A stretch of 62,939 bases of DNA, the filler included, from Octopus bimaculoides (taxonomy: Eukaryota), in assembly GCF_001194135.2 (NCBI RefSeq). It is 3 parts of 3 records of this genome, joined end to end, with 100 filler letters (N's around TTAATTAATTAA, not from the genome) between each part and the next. Parts side by side here need not be neighbours in the genome. Positions count along the whole stretch, not along the records: positions 24,865 to 47,651 come from NC_068988.1; 2 more parts are not named here. One strand, written 5' to 3'. Positions 24,865 through 37,927 of this stretch are shown piece by piece (within the stretch, counting starts at the first letter, position 1; every line of letters starts with the position of its first letter). The notes under the pieces were generated by a model. The model saw only the letters and a list, made by a program, of their open reading frames with translations. It was not told the origin of the DNA and made no database searches. A program made the position numbers and the translations under genes.

Positions 24865-25405
24865 GTGGTGGTGGTGGTGGTGGTGGCAGGGGTGGTGATG
24901 TTGACGAAGGTGTCTTTGATGATAGCAGTGGCAGAATTTTTGCATAAACATAGTTATTCAGGATTTGAAGCTTCTCAAATGAATTCTAAGTTTGGTATCT
25001 TACTGACTCTGAGTTCATAACTGCATTGAGATCGATTTTTTTTTTTTTTCGTTTTCTATAAACCAAGCGACCTACTCCCCACAGACCTTCTGTCTTCTAA
25101 AATAAAACTCTTTGCCCTCATTTGTATTGCAGACACTATTATTAAACATGGAGGAGCTGAAATGTAGTTACTTAAGTTGCTAGATATGGCAACTAAATCT
25201 TACTCAAATCACATTGTGTTCTCCTTAAAATATGGTAGGATGTATTGGATAATGTAATCTTACATGTGTGACTAAAAGACGGGATGGTCATGACTGTAAT
25301 GTCTTTGATCATAATTGTACTCAATGATTACTGACTTAGAGCTAAATAATAATAAAATAAACTAACTTCAAACTGAAAGGAAGATCAACAGCAGTGACTC
25401 TGTAT

Positions 25406-25690
25406 CAGGGTTGGCTAACCTGACTTTTATCTTGCAATCTGCTTGATACTTTCTTGAAGTATTGTGTTTAATTTCAAAATAAAATTGTTTGTGTAAAACA
25501 TTTGTTTCAAAATAAATTTAAAATTTATAAATGGCAATAAAGCAATAGCCTACAATTTTATAATTTTAAACAAACAAAAAGAATGAAAATTTATTGATTC
25601 AACTATCACAGAATAAAGTATACAAATGGCCCTTAAAAAACTTTCTGTGGTTAAAGTGGCCTGCAATGTAATTCGTGTTGGCCAAGCCTG
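25406..25690. mobile_element. hAT-like MITE
   Basis: Termini CAGGGTTGGCTAAC / GTTGGCCAAGCCTG are 14-bp imperfect TIRs; no clean 8-bp TSD. Confidence 0.6.
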
Positions 25691-25884
25691 CTGTATATGA
25701 TACCTGACAAGCTACAAACAGCAGCCAATTGCAAGCATAAGGAAAACTCCTACTCTCTGTCTTGTATCATCTGGCCAAAAGAAATGATTATTCTCAATAT
25801 CTCGACTATGACCTCTTTACTTACATGAAGCTCATAACTGCATAATTTACATCTACATGAGGAGCTGAATATATTCTTTTTAAA

Positions 25885-26536
25885 TTTTAACACAAAACCA
25901 GAAAATTCAAAGGTGGGGGTAAGTCGATTACATCGATTCCAGTGCTCAACTGGTACTTATTTAATTGACCCTGAAAGGGTGAAAGGCAAAGTTGTCATTG
26001 GCAAAATTTGAACTCACAATGTAAAGACGGATGAAATTGCTGCTAAGCATTTTGTCCAGTGTGCTAATAACTTTTTTCTAGTCTAGGCACAAGGCCAGAA
26101 ATTTTGGGGGAGTGGGCCAGTCGATTAGATCGACCCTAGTATGCAAGTGGTACTTAATTCATCGACTCCAAAAGGATGAAAGGCAAAGTCGACCGCGGTG
26201 GAATTTGAACTCAAAACGTAAAGACAAACTAAATACTGCTAAGCATTTCGCCTGGCGTGCTAACGTTTCTTATTTCTTTATTGCCCACAAGGGGCTAAAC
26301 CTAGAGGGGACAAACAAGGACAAACAAAGGGATTAAGTCGATTACATCGACCCCCCCCAGTACATAACTGGTACTTAATTTATCGACCTCCGGAAGGATG
26401 AAAAGCAAAGTCGACCTTGGCGGAATATGAACTCAGAATGTAACGGCAGATGAAATACCGCTAAGCATTTCGTCCGGCGTGCTAACGTTTCTGCCAGCTC
26501 ACCACCTTAAGCTAACGTTTCTGCCAGCTCGCTGCC
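25885..26536 (-). mobile_element. Chain of three SINE family B copies, one nested with a 10-bp TSD
   Basis: GCTAACGTTT at 26259-26268 and 26511-26520 brackets a full copy; a third copy abuts at ~26072. Confidence 0.85.
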
Positions 26537-26576
26537 CTAGAAACTACATATACTGGAACCCATGTACAAGAAAAGT

Positions 26577-26843
26577 AACATTATTTACATTATTTACATT
26601 TGACGGATATTTTTCGTCATCTTGTTTGTTGTTAACACAACATTTCGGCAGATATACCCTCCAACCTTCATCAGGTATATTGGGGGAAATTTCGGACCTA
26701 GGTTCTAATTCCTAAGGTAATTTTCGATGTAATTATTATTATTATCATCATTATTATTCAGGTCACTGCCTGGAATCGAACTCAGAATCTTGGGGTTAAT
26801 AGTCCGTGCTCTTAACCACTACGCCATATGCCCGTAGGCATAT
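26577..26843 (-). mobile_element. Family C tRNA-headed element with hammerhead and 5' hairpin
   Basis: A box TGGCGTAGTGG, B box GAGTTCGATTCC, (AAT)n, hammerhead, (AATGTAAAT)n tail; ATATGCC-CGTA-GGCATAT at the head. Confidence 0.85.
26634..26679 (-). ncRNA. Minimal type I hammerhead motif (more decayed)
   Basis: TATAC-CTGATGA-A-GGTTG-GAGGGTATAT-CTGCC-GAAA-TGTT-GTGTT. Confidence 0.6.
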
Positions 26844-26984
26844 AGAACTGAAGAAAAATAACATATCATTTTGTTGCCATCAAGGCAATAATACTCTGTT
26901 AAGTCCTCAATCAATATCCCAGAGATATTAAATGCTACAGCCCTGGCCAGGCACATGTAGTTTTTAAAGGGAAGCTCAATTGGA

Positions 26985-27430
26985 GCAGGTGAGGAGGGGT
27001 GTTCCCACTGCATGCATTGTTTCATTGTCTCTGGCTCGAAGTGATGAAACCAACACTCATCCTGGATTGGAAAATGTTCAAGGAAACCAAAACTGGATCT
27101 ACTTGAAACAATGCCAGATTTTCCCACGATGTGATCAATCTGGTGTGCTTTTTGACCTGTTGTCAGTTGACATGGCATCCATCTAGCAGAAGTCTTCATC
27201 ATGCCAAATTCATGGTGCAGAATATTCTCTACTCTCTCACAGAATATTCTATTAGCATTGGTTATTTAATTTATAGTCAATTGCCTGTCATCTATCAACA
27301 TGTGGTGAACACAATTAATGCTTTTTTTGGTGGTGGCAGTTACAGGACATCCAGACCTTAAGTCATCTTCAAGACTCTCTCTATTTCTCACCTAAACTCA
27401 GCTGCTCACTTTTGCACTGTTGATCCTCAA
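26985..27430 (-). mobile_element. Decayed mariner transposase fragment
   Basis: RESLEDDLRSGCPVTATT..RVENILHHEFGMMKTSARWMP..QDECWFHHFEPETMKQCMQWEHPSSP, matching mariner WVPR and GDE(S/T)W motifs. Confidence 0.8.
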
Positions 27431-27640
27431 CCTGAAGAGTAACTTGTGGTCTACTCCTTGTTCGGATAATTTACTACTTCTGAAGTTCCACAAGCTATAA
27501 TATAACAGTTCAAAATAATGACTTTTATACCTCTTAATTCTACCTCAGTTCATCTATTCGTATATATTTATCGTTACTTTTCATAAAAAAGCCTTTATTT
27601 TTTATATGCATTTTCTCTTTTTCCTTTTTACTTTTCCAAT

Positions 27641-27673
<33 letters not shown>

Positions 27674-28747
27674 GTTTAACGTCCACTTTCCATGCTGGCA
27701 TGGGTTGGACGATTTGACTGAGGGCTAGTGAAACCGGATGGCAACACCAGGCTCCAATCTAATTTGGCAGAGTTTCTACAGCTGGATGCCTTTCCTATTT
27801 CTAACCACTCCAAGAGTGTAGTGGGTGCTTTTACGTGTCACCTGCACGAGGGCCAGTCAGGCGGTACTGGCAATGGCCACGCTCAAAATGGTGTCTTTTA
27901 TGTGCCACCCGCACAAGAGCCAGTCCAGCGGCACTGGCAACGATCTCGCTTGAAAATCCTATGAAGGCCAGTCAGGCGGTACTGGCAACGGCCACGCTCA
28001 AAATGGTGCATCCCATGTGCCACCCGCACNNNNNNNNNNNNNNNNNNNNNNNNNNNNNNNNNNNNNNNNNNNNNNNNNNNNNNNNNNNNNNNNNNNNNNN
28101 NNNNNNNNNNNNNNNNNNNNNNNNNNNNNNNNNNNNNNNNNNNNNNNNNNNNNNNNNNNNNNNNNNNNNNNNNNNNNNNNNNNNNNNNNNNNNNNNNNNN
28201 NNNNNNNNNNNNNNNNNNNNNNNNNNNNNNNNNNNNNNNNNNNNNNNNNNNNNNNNNNNNNNNNNNNNNNNNNNNNNNNNNNNNNNNNNNNNNNNNNNNN
28301 NNNNNNNNNNNNNNNNNNNNNNNNNNNNNNNNNNNNNNNNNNNNNNNNNNNNNNNNNNNNNNNNNNNNNNNNNCATTACACATCCAGCGGAGCATACTGG
28401 CTTCATTCCTTGTGAGCTTATGCATGTCGTCAGCAGTCACAGCCCATGTTTCACTGCCATGTAGCATGGCTGTTCGTACACATGCGTCATACAGTCTGCA
28501 TTTTACTCTGAGTGAGAGTCCCTTTGTCGCCAGCAGGGGTAAGAGCTCTCTAAACTTTGCCCAGGCTATTCTTATTCTAGCAGCTACACTTTCAGCGCAC
28601 CCACCCCCACTACTAACTTGGTCACCCAGATAGCAGAAGCTATCGACTACCTTTAGTTTTTCTCCCTGGAATGAGATAGAAGTTGTTTCCTGTTTGTTTA
28701 CAGTGTTTATTGCACCTGAACATCTGCCACATACAAAAACTAACTTC
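27641..28747 (-). mobile_element. 5'-truncated RTE-clade LINE with (GAT)n tail; internal gap
   Basis: KLKVVDSFCYLGDQVSSGGGCAESVAARIRIAWAKFRELLPLL..RLYDACVRTAMLHGSETW is the RTE post-RT region; repeat-rich 3' UTR ends in (CAT)n on the + strand. Confidence 0.9.
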
Positions 28748-29832
28748 GTAGGGTATACAGATTCCAATATGAGTTCATATCTTGTTATTACAAGCAGATA
28801 ATGTGGAGACATAAATTCCATGTGCTGTTCATTCAAAGGGGTCTTGTAGTGTGAATGAAATTTTGAGAATGTACTGGTAGGGGTAAGTAGATAGAGAGAA
28901 GTGAATAGATATGTATGTTAGGAGGAGAATGGTATTAGTCAAAAGGAACAGGGGAGGAAAGAAGAAAGAAAGAGGAAGAAAAAATTAAAAACAGAGTACT
29001 ACATGGTGGTCAAGATTTTGGAGGGGTATGGGAGAGGAGAGATATCAGGATAAAAGGAATAGGGGGAGGGATAAAAGGAAAAGATAAGAATGTAAGGTAT
29101 GAATATGTGTGAAAAGTGTAAGGCAGAATGATATGTTTGAAAGGCACTAAGGTGGGGAGATAGGTAAAGAAAATGGTACGGGCAGGGGGAATACACAGCC
29201 CTACTCCCTATATATGGCACACATACCCCCTATTTCCTATATAGATATATATGTTTATACATGCATGTATAAAAACATATTATACACACAAACACTTATA
29301 TATAAGTTTATATGTATGTCTTTGCTCGCATATCTAAAAACTAAGTAAAACAAAGTATTTATCACTGAGAATGCTTGATGAAATATTTAAAATACATTAG
29401 AGCTATGGCAATATTTATGTGAATAACTAAACAAACTAGAAGAATCATGAATATATATCATAATATATATCATGAATATATATCATATAAAATAGGTATG
29501 TATATATATATTACCTACAATATGTATGCATGTATGTATGTATGTATGTAAGTATGTATGTATGTATGTATGTATGTATGTATATAGAATGTGTGTTTCT
29601 ATATTTTCTAGACACCTTATATTCATGTTTATATATGTATATATGTATGTATATGTATATATATGCACACACACAATACACACAAACATGCACACATACA
29701 CCCCCCACTCCCTATATAGATATATATGTTTATGATATTGTTGCAAGTTGTCTCATGTCTTTAATAGAAATAGATTTGACTTTATTCTTGTTCCTGTACC
29801 ATCCCCAATTGTTGGAAAATCTTAGTTTACAG

Positions 29833-30024
29833 AGAAGCAATCTTTCTGAAGTTTATAGAAAACCCTTAGAACCAATGATTCCAATGGAAACATCTATTGG
29901 AGCGAGAGGAAGACAAGAATCAAAGGATCGAACACCTTTATTTCTTTTATTTCCAGTGCTATTGGCTGTTATTTTCGTTATCACATCTCAATACCTTAGC
30001 TACTGTTGCATTTTAAATCTTTGA
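29833..30024 (+). CDS. Candidate terminal coding exon with C-terminal hydrophobic segment (unidentified)
   Basis: TTTACAG acceptor; open frame RSNLSEVYRKPLEPMIPMETSIGARGRQESKDRTPLFLLFPVLLAVIFVITSQYLSYCCILNL*; retains CpGs within a CpG-poor block. No homology recognised. Confidence 0.3.
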   Translation, partial: RSNLSEVYRKPLEPMIPMETSIGARGRQESKDRTPLFLLFPVLLAVIFVITSQYLSYCCILNL

Positions 30025-30301
30025 GGCGGTTTCTGTTTTCTTCAACAAAGTAAACTCATAGTTTTATATTGTGATATCTGAGTGAATCTAAGTACTGTGT
30101 GTGTCAAAACAAAACTTTTGTCTAAGTAAACAATGTCATCTTGATCTGTTCTGGGTAATGTAGTTGGTTACAAAATTAGAGACAGCATGTTCAATTCAAT
30201 TTTTCTGTTTCTAAAAGATTTCCTGGAAAGAAATTGGTAATTCCCTCATAAATTAAAGAGATTCATAGGACAGGTATTTTGTTCTGTTCTTTTTATATTT
30301 G

Positions 30302-30304
30302 TTG

Positions 30305-30363
<59 letters not shown>
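30302..30363. repeat. (ATT)n microsatellite
   Basis: Read directly. Confidence 0.95.
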
Positions 30364-30365
<2 letters not shown>

Positions 30366-30594
30366 TGTTTATATATTTGTTTTGCAAGATTTTCGTTGTG
30401 AAATCGTGTGTTGAAACAGATGTTGTATTTGGGGATGGTCATATTGCCAGTTTAGCCAATAAAAACACACACACTGTATATTTGGTATTAATTTGCTTCA
30501 GCTTCATATTACATTACATTACATTAATCCTATTAAACACATACAATAGGAATACAAAATACAAAATCCCCAAATACAACAACATTATTATTAA

Positions 30595-30631
<37 letters not shown>

Positions 30632-31523
30632 TATTTATTTAATTTATTTTTTCTTTTCGGTAATGCAATTAAGAGATACAACTTGCCCTGGACAGGAAGC
30701 TATAGCTGGCTACAGGTGACTTGCTCTGAAAAGATTTTGTATCTGTTCCAAACACTCAAGTGAAGAACTGTTTTAGTTTTGAATTATGTTCAGAATTATG
30801 CAAGAGTAAGCTGAAATAAAACAAAATTACCACCACCACCACCACCACAGCCACCGTCACCGTCACCGTCACCGCCACCGTCACCGTCACCATCACTGTC
30901 GTCGTCATCGTCATCATCATCATTTTAACATCCTTGTTTTCATACCTGCATGGGTTGGACAGATTTTGTTGAGGCAAATTTTCTATGGCTGAATGCCAAC
31001 CTTTGCCTGTTTCCAATTATGGTAATACTTTCCAATGATGAGATATGTTTTCATGGAAGATTGGTAACAAAGGACACTGCCTGTATGATGGTAACACTAA
31101 TTTGCAACAATCATATGATGGCAAGACAAAGAGACACCAACTTGCAAACACACATGTACAATGAGCTTCTTTCAGTTTCTCTCAACCAAATCCACAAATA
31201 AGGCTTTGGTCAGTCCAGTGTTACAGGGTAAAAGACACTTGCCCAAGGTTCCACACACCTTGGGCAAGTATCTGAACCAGGAACCAAGGGGTTGGGAAGC
31301 AAGGTTTTTAACCACACAGCTGTGTTTGTGCTATATTATCTCTATTTTTATAACATCTCTGTTTTCACTTCATGAAGTGCTACTGAAAACAGTCTGTATC
31401 ATCACATGAAGATATTATCACTACTATCACAGCTTTTGGTGTTGTTACTACTGTTACTACTACTATTACTCATATCATTATTGCATCCTTTTAAAGTTTT
31501 GATCTGTTTTCTGTTATCCTTAT

Positions 31524-31740
31524 CATCATTTAACGCTCATCTTCCATGCTGGTATGGGTTGGACTGTTTGACAGGAGCCAGTCAGGTAGAAGACTACTGT
31601 GTCTGTTTTGGCATGGTTTTTACAGCCGGATGCCCTTCCAAATGCCAACCACTTCACAGTGTGGACTGGATGCTTTTTACATGGCACCAGCTCTGGCAGG
31701 GTCACCAAGTAACTTGCAAGACAAGAAATTTTGAGAGGGG
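31524..31740 (-). mobile_element. CpG-decayed RTE 3'-UTR fragment
   Basis: CATCATTTAACG..TTCCATGCTGGTATGGGTTGGAC matches the block at 27660-27710. Confidence 0.75.
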
Positions 31741-32569
31741 AGCGGGTATTAGAGGAGCTGATCTTGTGTCAGATGATGAAAAATTAGAGTATGACTGAGA
31801 CAGAGAGGTAGAAACAGGTATGTTGCTATAGAGAGATGGTACATGGTTATCTGGTCAAGGGAGAGAGAGAGAGAGAGAGAGAGGGAGGGGGAGGGAGCGA
31901 GAGGGAAAGAATTCAATATATTCTGTTACTAAGGTGTCTTAATGCTTGCTTGGATTTGAGTTAGAAATCACACAGTGGCTCAGTATAAAGTTGGGAAAAG
32001 AGGATTAGAGATTTGAGCAAATGATATTTCAGGCAAAATTATTATGGCAATACACATTTTAGGAAAAAGGTGAAATATGTGTGATCAAGGTAGTGCAGGG
32101 AAGCGATAAAAATAAGATGATGAGGCATCTGTGTGGACCCTCAATGTAAGAAGTGATTGGAAGTGAATGGGGGCAGAAGAACAGGGTGATAGGTGAGTGG
32201 AAGTTACAAGAGTGTAAAAGAGAGTGAAAAAGTGGTGAATGTAAATGGTTGGATATTTATTAGACACATATACCGTCCGAATCAACATGCATTGTATGTG
32301 TTAAAAGCGACTTTTTGAAGTATAAGTACAATAAGGGATTCAACACAGCTTCTGTCCACTCAGTTTTATTTACAAGTCTTTGAATGATTAATGCTGAGAT
32401 TGATAAAACTCATTTGCCCTAAAGGCAGTGTAACAGGATCACACTCAGAACCTTATGTTTAGGAATAGAAGTTTTTCCCCATTTAACCATTAATGCACTT
32501 ACTAGACAGACACACACAAACACCAATACACACATTCACATACACATGCAGACATACAAATGTATTCAT

Positions 32570-32990
32570 TATAATTCTTATATTCTTTTATTTGTTTCAG
32601 TCATTTGACTGTGGCCATGCTGAAGCACCACTTTTAGCTGAACAAATCAACCCCAGGACTTATTCTTTGTAAGCCTAGTACTTATTCTATTGGCATCTTT
32701 TGCTGAACTGCTGAGTTATGGGGATGTAAACACACCAACAACAGTCGACAAGTGATAGTGGGTTGGGGGGACAAATGCAAACAGAGACATGCACACATAA
32801 ACATACACACACATACGTGCATACAACAGGCTTCTTTCAGTTTCCATCAACTAAATCCACTCACAAGGCTTGCTTTAGTTGGCCTGAGGCAATAGTAGAA
32901 TACACTTGCTCAAGATGCCATGCAGTAGGTTTGAATCTGGAACCATGTGCTTGGGAAGTCAACTTCTTACCACACAACCATGCCTGCACC
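32570..32990 (-). mobile_element. SINE family A, full length, CpG-decayed
   Basis: Colinear with 5786-6219 but with CG changed to TG/CA throughout. Confidence 0.85.
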
Positions 32991-33059
32991 CATAATGTAT
33001 ATATTATCAAAACATTCCATTTGAAATGTTTAGATCCATGGAAAATGCATTGCCAATCA

Positions 33060-33290
33060 AGAGTTGCACACATATTGGGTTCAAATTTTGGCACAAGGCC
33101 AGCAATTTCGGGGGAGGAGATAAATCAATTACATAGACCCTTGTGCACAACTGGTACTTATTTTATTGACCACAAAAGGATGAAAGGCAAAGTCGACCCT
33201 GGTAGAATTTGAACTCAGAACGTAAAGATGGACAAAATGCCACTAAGTATTTTGCCCCACATGCTAACAATTCTGCCAGCTTGCTGCCCT
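33060..33290 (-). mobile_element. SINE family B, full length
   Basis: GGATGAAAGGCAAAGTCGACC..GAATTTGAACTCAGAACG..TTCTGCCAGC. Confidence 0.85.
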
Positions 33291-33982
33291 AAGAGACACA
33301 CACATATTGAGAAATGTTTGCAGATAGTAAAAAAAAAAACAATAAACAAGCTAAGTGCCCCTAGGCATCACTGTCTTTGAGTTTTAAGAATCATAGGGCT
33401 GGTTATTCAATTTCAAGGTGCCATGCAGTGGAACTGAACCCAGAACCATGTTGTTGGGAAGCAAGCTTCTTACTACACAGCCATGTCTGTGCCTATAGAT
33501 AATAAACAAAGTATGGATTGTAGAATATTGCTGTTGTCATTATTGCTGCTTAAACCTATGCCAACAGTCACAACTGTCCTGTCTTTTACTGAGGCACAAT
33601 GATTCCATTACTACTTTATTCAACGTATTTTTCCTTGTATAAGATATTAGGATGAGATTTGAGGAAGATTTAGTTGCTATTTTCAGTAAGTTGTGTGATT
33701 TGTAAAGGTTCCTTTATTGGTTCATCAACATAAAAGCTTACTTTTCTTGATAGGTTCCTTTTCTACTGCTACTCTGTCAACAATAAAGCAACAACAGAAG
33801 CCAAATAAAGTAGTTTATTGTCTAGAAGCTCTGCAAAATAACTGTTACAATGTTCACTAAACTGTTAAGCAGAACTTACAATTATGTTTCAGCAAAGTTG
33901 ATTCAGAAAATCTATGAGATACATTTTGTTTAGTTTTCCAAAGCAATGACTATTGCAGCAATGAAATAAATCTATGCCTTAA

Positions 33983-34200
33983 CCCTTTAGCATTTAAATT
34001 TCTTTGTCAAATGTAACACTTATTCATTCATATTGCTTTGAATTAATGCATTATTTCATAGCTTTGAAATTTTGAAGATGTGATTGTTTATTTTCATAAT
34101 GACATTGTAGGGTAGGTGTGAGAGACTGGATCTGGGTAGTTTCAACATAAAGCAAGGGAGAATATTCGGGTCAGATATGGCCGGTTTAAATGCTAAAGGG
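33983..34200. mobile_element. piggyBac-type MITE
   Basis: TTAA|CCCTTTAGCATTTAAA ... TTTAAATGCTAAAGGG|TTAA. Confidence 0.9.
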
Positions 34201-34204
34201 TTAA

Positions 34205-34845
34205 CCCTTTTGTTACCATCTTTCCTTCAAGCTACACAAATTTTATATCAGTCAATTTTGCTGTGCTTGAGAAGATCTGTCAAGCCAAGTGAAATTGTAG
34301 TCATGGCCGATGCCAGTGCCATGTGACTGGTACCCGTGCCAGTGGCATGTAAAAAGCACTGTTCAAATGTTGACCCTCACAGAGGCAGTGACAAGTGACC
34401 GAGACCTTTGGCGATATATCATGCTTGTAAAGACCTGTCAAGTCGAGTGAGATTACAGTTGTGGCAGATGCCGGTGTCACATAACTGGCACCCATGCCGG
34501 TGGCACGTAAAAATCACCCACTACACTCTTGGATTGGTTGGTGTTTGGAAGGGCATCCAGCTGTAGAAACAATGCCAAATCATATTGGAATCTGGTGCAG
34601 CTCCCTGGCTTACCAGTTCTGTCAAACTGTCCATCCCATGCCAGCATGGAAAACGGATGTTAAAAGATGATAATGATGATGAAGACTTTAGTAAAATGAC
34701 ATTGTCATTATTATTAAGCTGGCGTTTGGAACAAAAGTTAACATGAAATTCTGATGGAAGGTTTTAATTTATATCACTTTGATATAGAAAGTTTGTATTG
34801 TAGACCCAGGAGTGTTTTCAGATTGGTTGATATAAAAAATGTTTG
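34205..34845. mobile_element. Second piggyBac-type MITE interrupted by an RTE 3'-UTR insertion (~34262-34683)
   Basis: Starts TTAA|CCCTTTTGTTACC; the downstream half matches the uninterrupted copy at 43723-43945; the insert ends in (GAT)n. Confidence 0.65.
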
Positions 34846-35886
34846 TGTCTGGCACATCCCAGTCTCTCTTGTTTAATAATTTTTATCGCTGTTTATCGCT
34901 GGTTAGATTTGAACTGAAAACTGGATGCTACAAAGTCCCCAGAAAGTTGTTGGCATATCAACAGCTTGAATATCAAAGGGTTTTACTCATTAGCTAATGA
35001 AGTTTCTTCTCTGGTTCATCTTAATGCTGCTAGTGATAAAAATGGTGTTGATGAGTATTTGGTGAAGGGTAATGGTGAAGATGCTATGCTGATGTGTATG
35101 TTTTCCTCTCTTGCCTCCTTTCCCAATTGAAGCGCTATATATTTCATAAATAGATGCCAAACCATTTCATTAGAATGACATTTCTTTCTGAAAGTGAATT
35201 TCATTCCTGAGAAATTACCTTAATAAAGTAATAATAAAATGAAATAAAACATTTCTAAGAAACAAACAAAAAAACCCCCTCAAAAACAAACAAACAAAAA
35301 GTAAAAATAAGCAACACACAACAAAAACATAAACACAAACACAACAAAAAAAGAAAGGCAAAATAATCTCCCCCCCCCCACATACACACCTGCCCACCTT
35401 AACTTTGCCATAAAGATTAACAAGCAAAAGTATTAAAAATCGGAAAACATAATTTTGTTTTATAATACTTGTTTTTGAATGAAGAATTAAAATTAATGTT
35501 TATTATTATTGCTGAAAATTATTGCTCTTTAGGGGTGTTTTTCTATATATTCAATGGTTTTGTAGCATTTTGGTTCAAATTCCTTCACAATTATTTCCAG
35601 AAATGTCTTCCTTTTTTGATATATGGAGAACTATTAAGAGACATTGTCTCGGCTTGAAGATTATAGGCAGGGAAGTGTTAGTGGCAGTGATGGAAGTGGT
35701 ATTGTCTGTCACTGTTGTTGTTGTTGTTGTACTTTATTGACATCAAATGAAGTATGTCTTCATATGGAAAGGTGAACTCACACATAAGTATCTATACACA
35801 TTCAAGCACACATAGGAACACATTGTAATAACTAAAAATAAGGCATACACACAAATGTGTTCATGCATATTATATATAGATAATGG

Positions 35887-35940
<54 letters not shown>

Positions 35941-36003
35941 GCACATATATAAATACACACACACACACATATATATATACACACATACAGGCATAGATAT
36001 TGA

Positions 36004-36050
<47 letters not shown>

Positions 36051-37120
36051 ATATATGTATGTGTGTATATATTTTTATGCATGTATGTATATATGTATAC
36101 TCACACATGTGTGCTCATACTTGTATACATGTGTATGCACTTCTCTCTCTCTCTCTTTTTCATACTCACTCATATTAAGGCTTTCTGGATTGTTTTCATT
36201 TGTTTGTTTATACATACATTTGTATACATACACAGACATACATATATATATATATATATATACACAATCATAACTATTTATACACATGTATATAAAAGCT
36301 ACATATACGTATACAGAGAGCTACGTATCTGCATACACATACATACTTTAAAATTTTCGTACATAATGACATATATTTATGTAAATATGTATATACATAC
36401 ATATATATATATATACACATATACATCAATATCTATGTATATATTCATAATTATACACATTTGTATTTTTCTCTATTTTTCATACACACACTTTCTCTGT
36501 CTGTCTGTCTCTTTGTCTCTCTGTCTTTCTGTCTATCCCCCCCGACTCTATATTTGTCTCTCACATAGGAGCAATAAATAATTAATTGTTTGGATTTTAC
36601 AACAGAAATATGGTATCAGTTTGATTAATTCTTTTTGTCTTTAAAGAAAATCTGGCATCTATTTCAGGTAGCTCATACAACTGAGGGAGGGAGTTTAGCC
36701 CAGAGACTCAACAAAAATTATTTTAGTGGATTTAAATTCACAATTAATAAGTGGTAATCCAATAAACCACCCTCTTGGGTATGTGTGTGTGTGCATGTGC
36801 TAGTATTTCTTGCATTTTTTTTTACTATTAATCTGTATAGAATGCCGAAGTAGACACTTAAATATTTTCAATTGGCCTGAAATCAAAATTCAACTAACAA
36901 CTTATTATCTTATATGAAAGTGTAGTAATTTATCAATCTACTTATCTAATTCCCTCATCTCTCTAGGGCAGTTGTTTGTTTAGATATTCTAACTTGTCAT
37001 TTAAATTCCTAACTCAACACACCCTATCTTACTCTTTAAAAGCCATAGCCTTTCAGTTTTTGTCTTGTAATCTGATACCCTAGTTCTCTGTTCAGCTACA
37101 AAATCTTTAACTTTATATAT

Positions 37121-37660
37121 TGCAGATACATCTTGGATATCAAGTGGACCAGCTGCATCACCAACACTGAAGTCCTCAACTGTGCTAAGATACCCAGTAT
37201 ACTCACCCCGCTCCAGCAGTGTCGTCTGTGCTGGCTTGGCCATGTACATTGCATGCAGGACAGGAGGATCTCAAAAGACCTCTTCTTTGGGGAATTGGCA
37301 ACCAGCACAAGAACATGAGGATGGCCTCATCTTCATTTCAAGGATGTCTGCAAGAGAGATATAAAGTCACTTGATCTGGACATCCTGAGATTGGAAAAGG
37401 TTGCAAATGATTACCCATATTGAAAACAAATACCGTGAAAAGGGATGAAGTGAGGGCAAGCAGAACAGGAAGTCGCCACCAAAGAAAAGCACGTTTGACG
37501 GAATGAAAAACCTGTAGTGCTGGCAGAAACCTCCTTCAAATGCAATCACTGTATGTGTGACTGTCACTCCAGACACTGCACACAACCACAGCAGACACTG
37601 CTCCACTAACAGCAGCTGAAACAATTTCTTCGGGCATAGATCCATGGTCTCTTGAGATTA
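37121..37660 (+). mobile_element. Decayed RTE/BovB-like LINE 3' end
   Basis: YILDIKWTSCITNTEVLNCAKIPSI..RLCWLGHVHCMQDRRISKDLFFGEL..GWPHLHFKDVCKRDIK and a later CNHCMCDCHSR zinc-knuckle remnant. Confidence 0.8.
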
Positions 37661-37739
37661 CTAATATATTTGCAGCCACCATGACTATTTTTATTTGATA
37701 AATCCACTCATTCATGGATGAAACCAGTTCACGTAACAT

Positions 37740-37927
37740 GCGGGTGACACGTAAAAGCACCCACTACACTCTCCGAGTGGTTGGCGTTAGGAAGGGCATC
37801 CAGCTGTAGAAACTCTGCCAAATCAGATTGGAGCTTCGTGTAGCCATCTGGTTTCACCAGTCCACAGTCAAATCGTCCAACCCATGCTAGCATGGAAAGC
37901 GGATGTTAAACGACGATGATGATGATG
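37740..37927 (+). mobile_element. Young RTE 3'-UTR fragment
   Basis: Near-identical to the reverse complement of 27650-27840; (GAT)n tail. Confidence 0.9.

Noticed and set aside
34990-35205. Kinesin-like HSIFTITLHQ on the minus strand and a possible 75-nt plus-strand exon
   Set aside because: Lacks the SSRSH switch motif, all minus-strand frames stop nearby, and the sequence looks like decayed GAT/GGT repeat.
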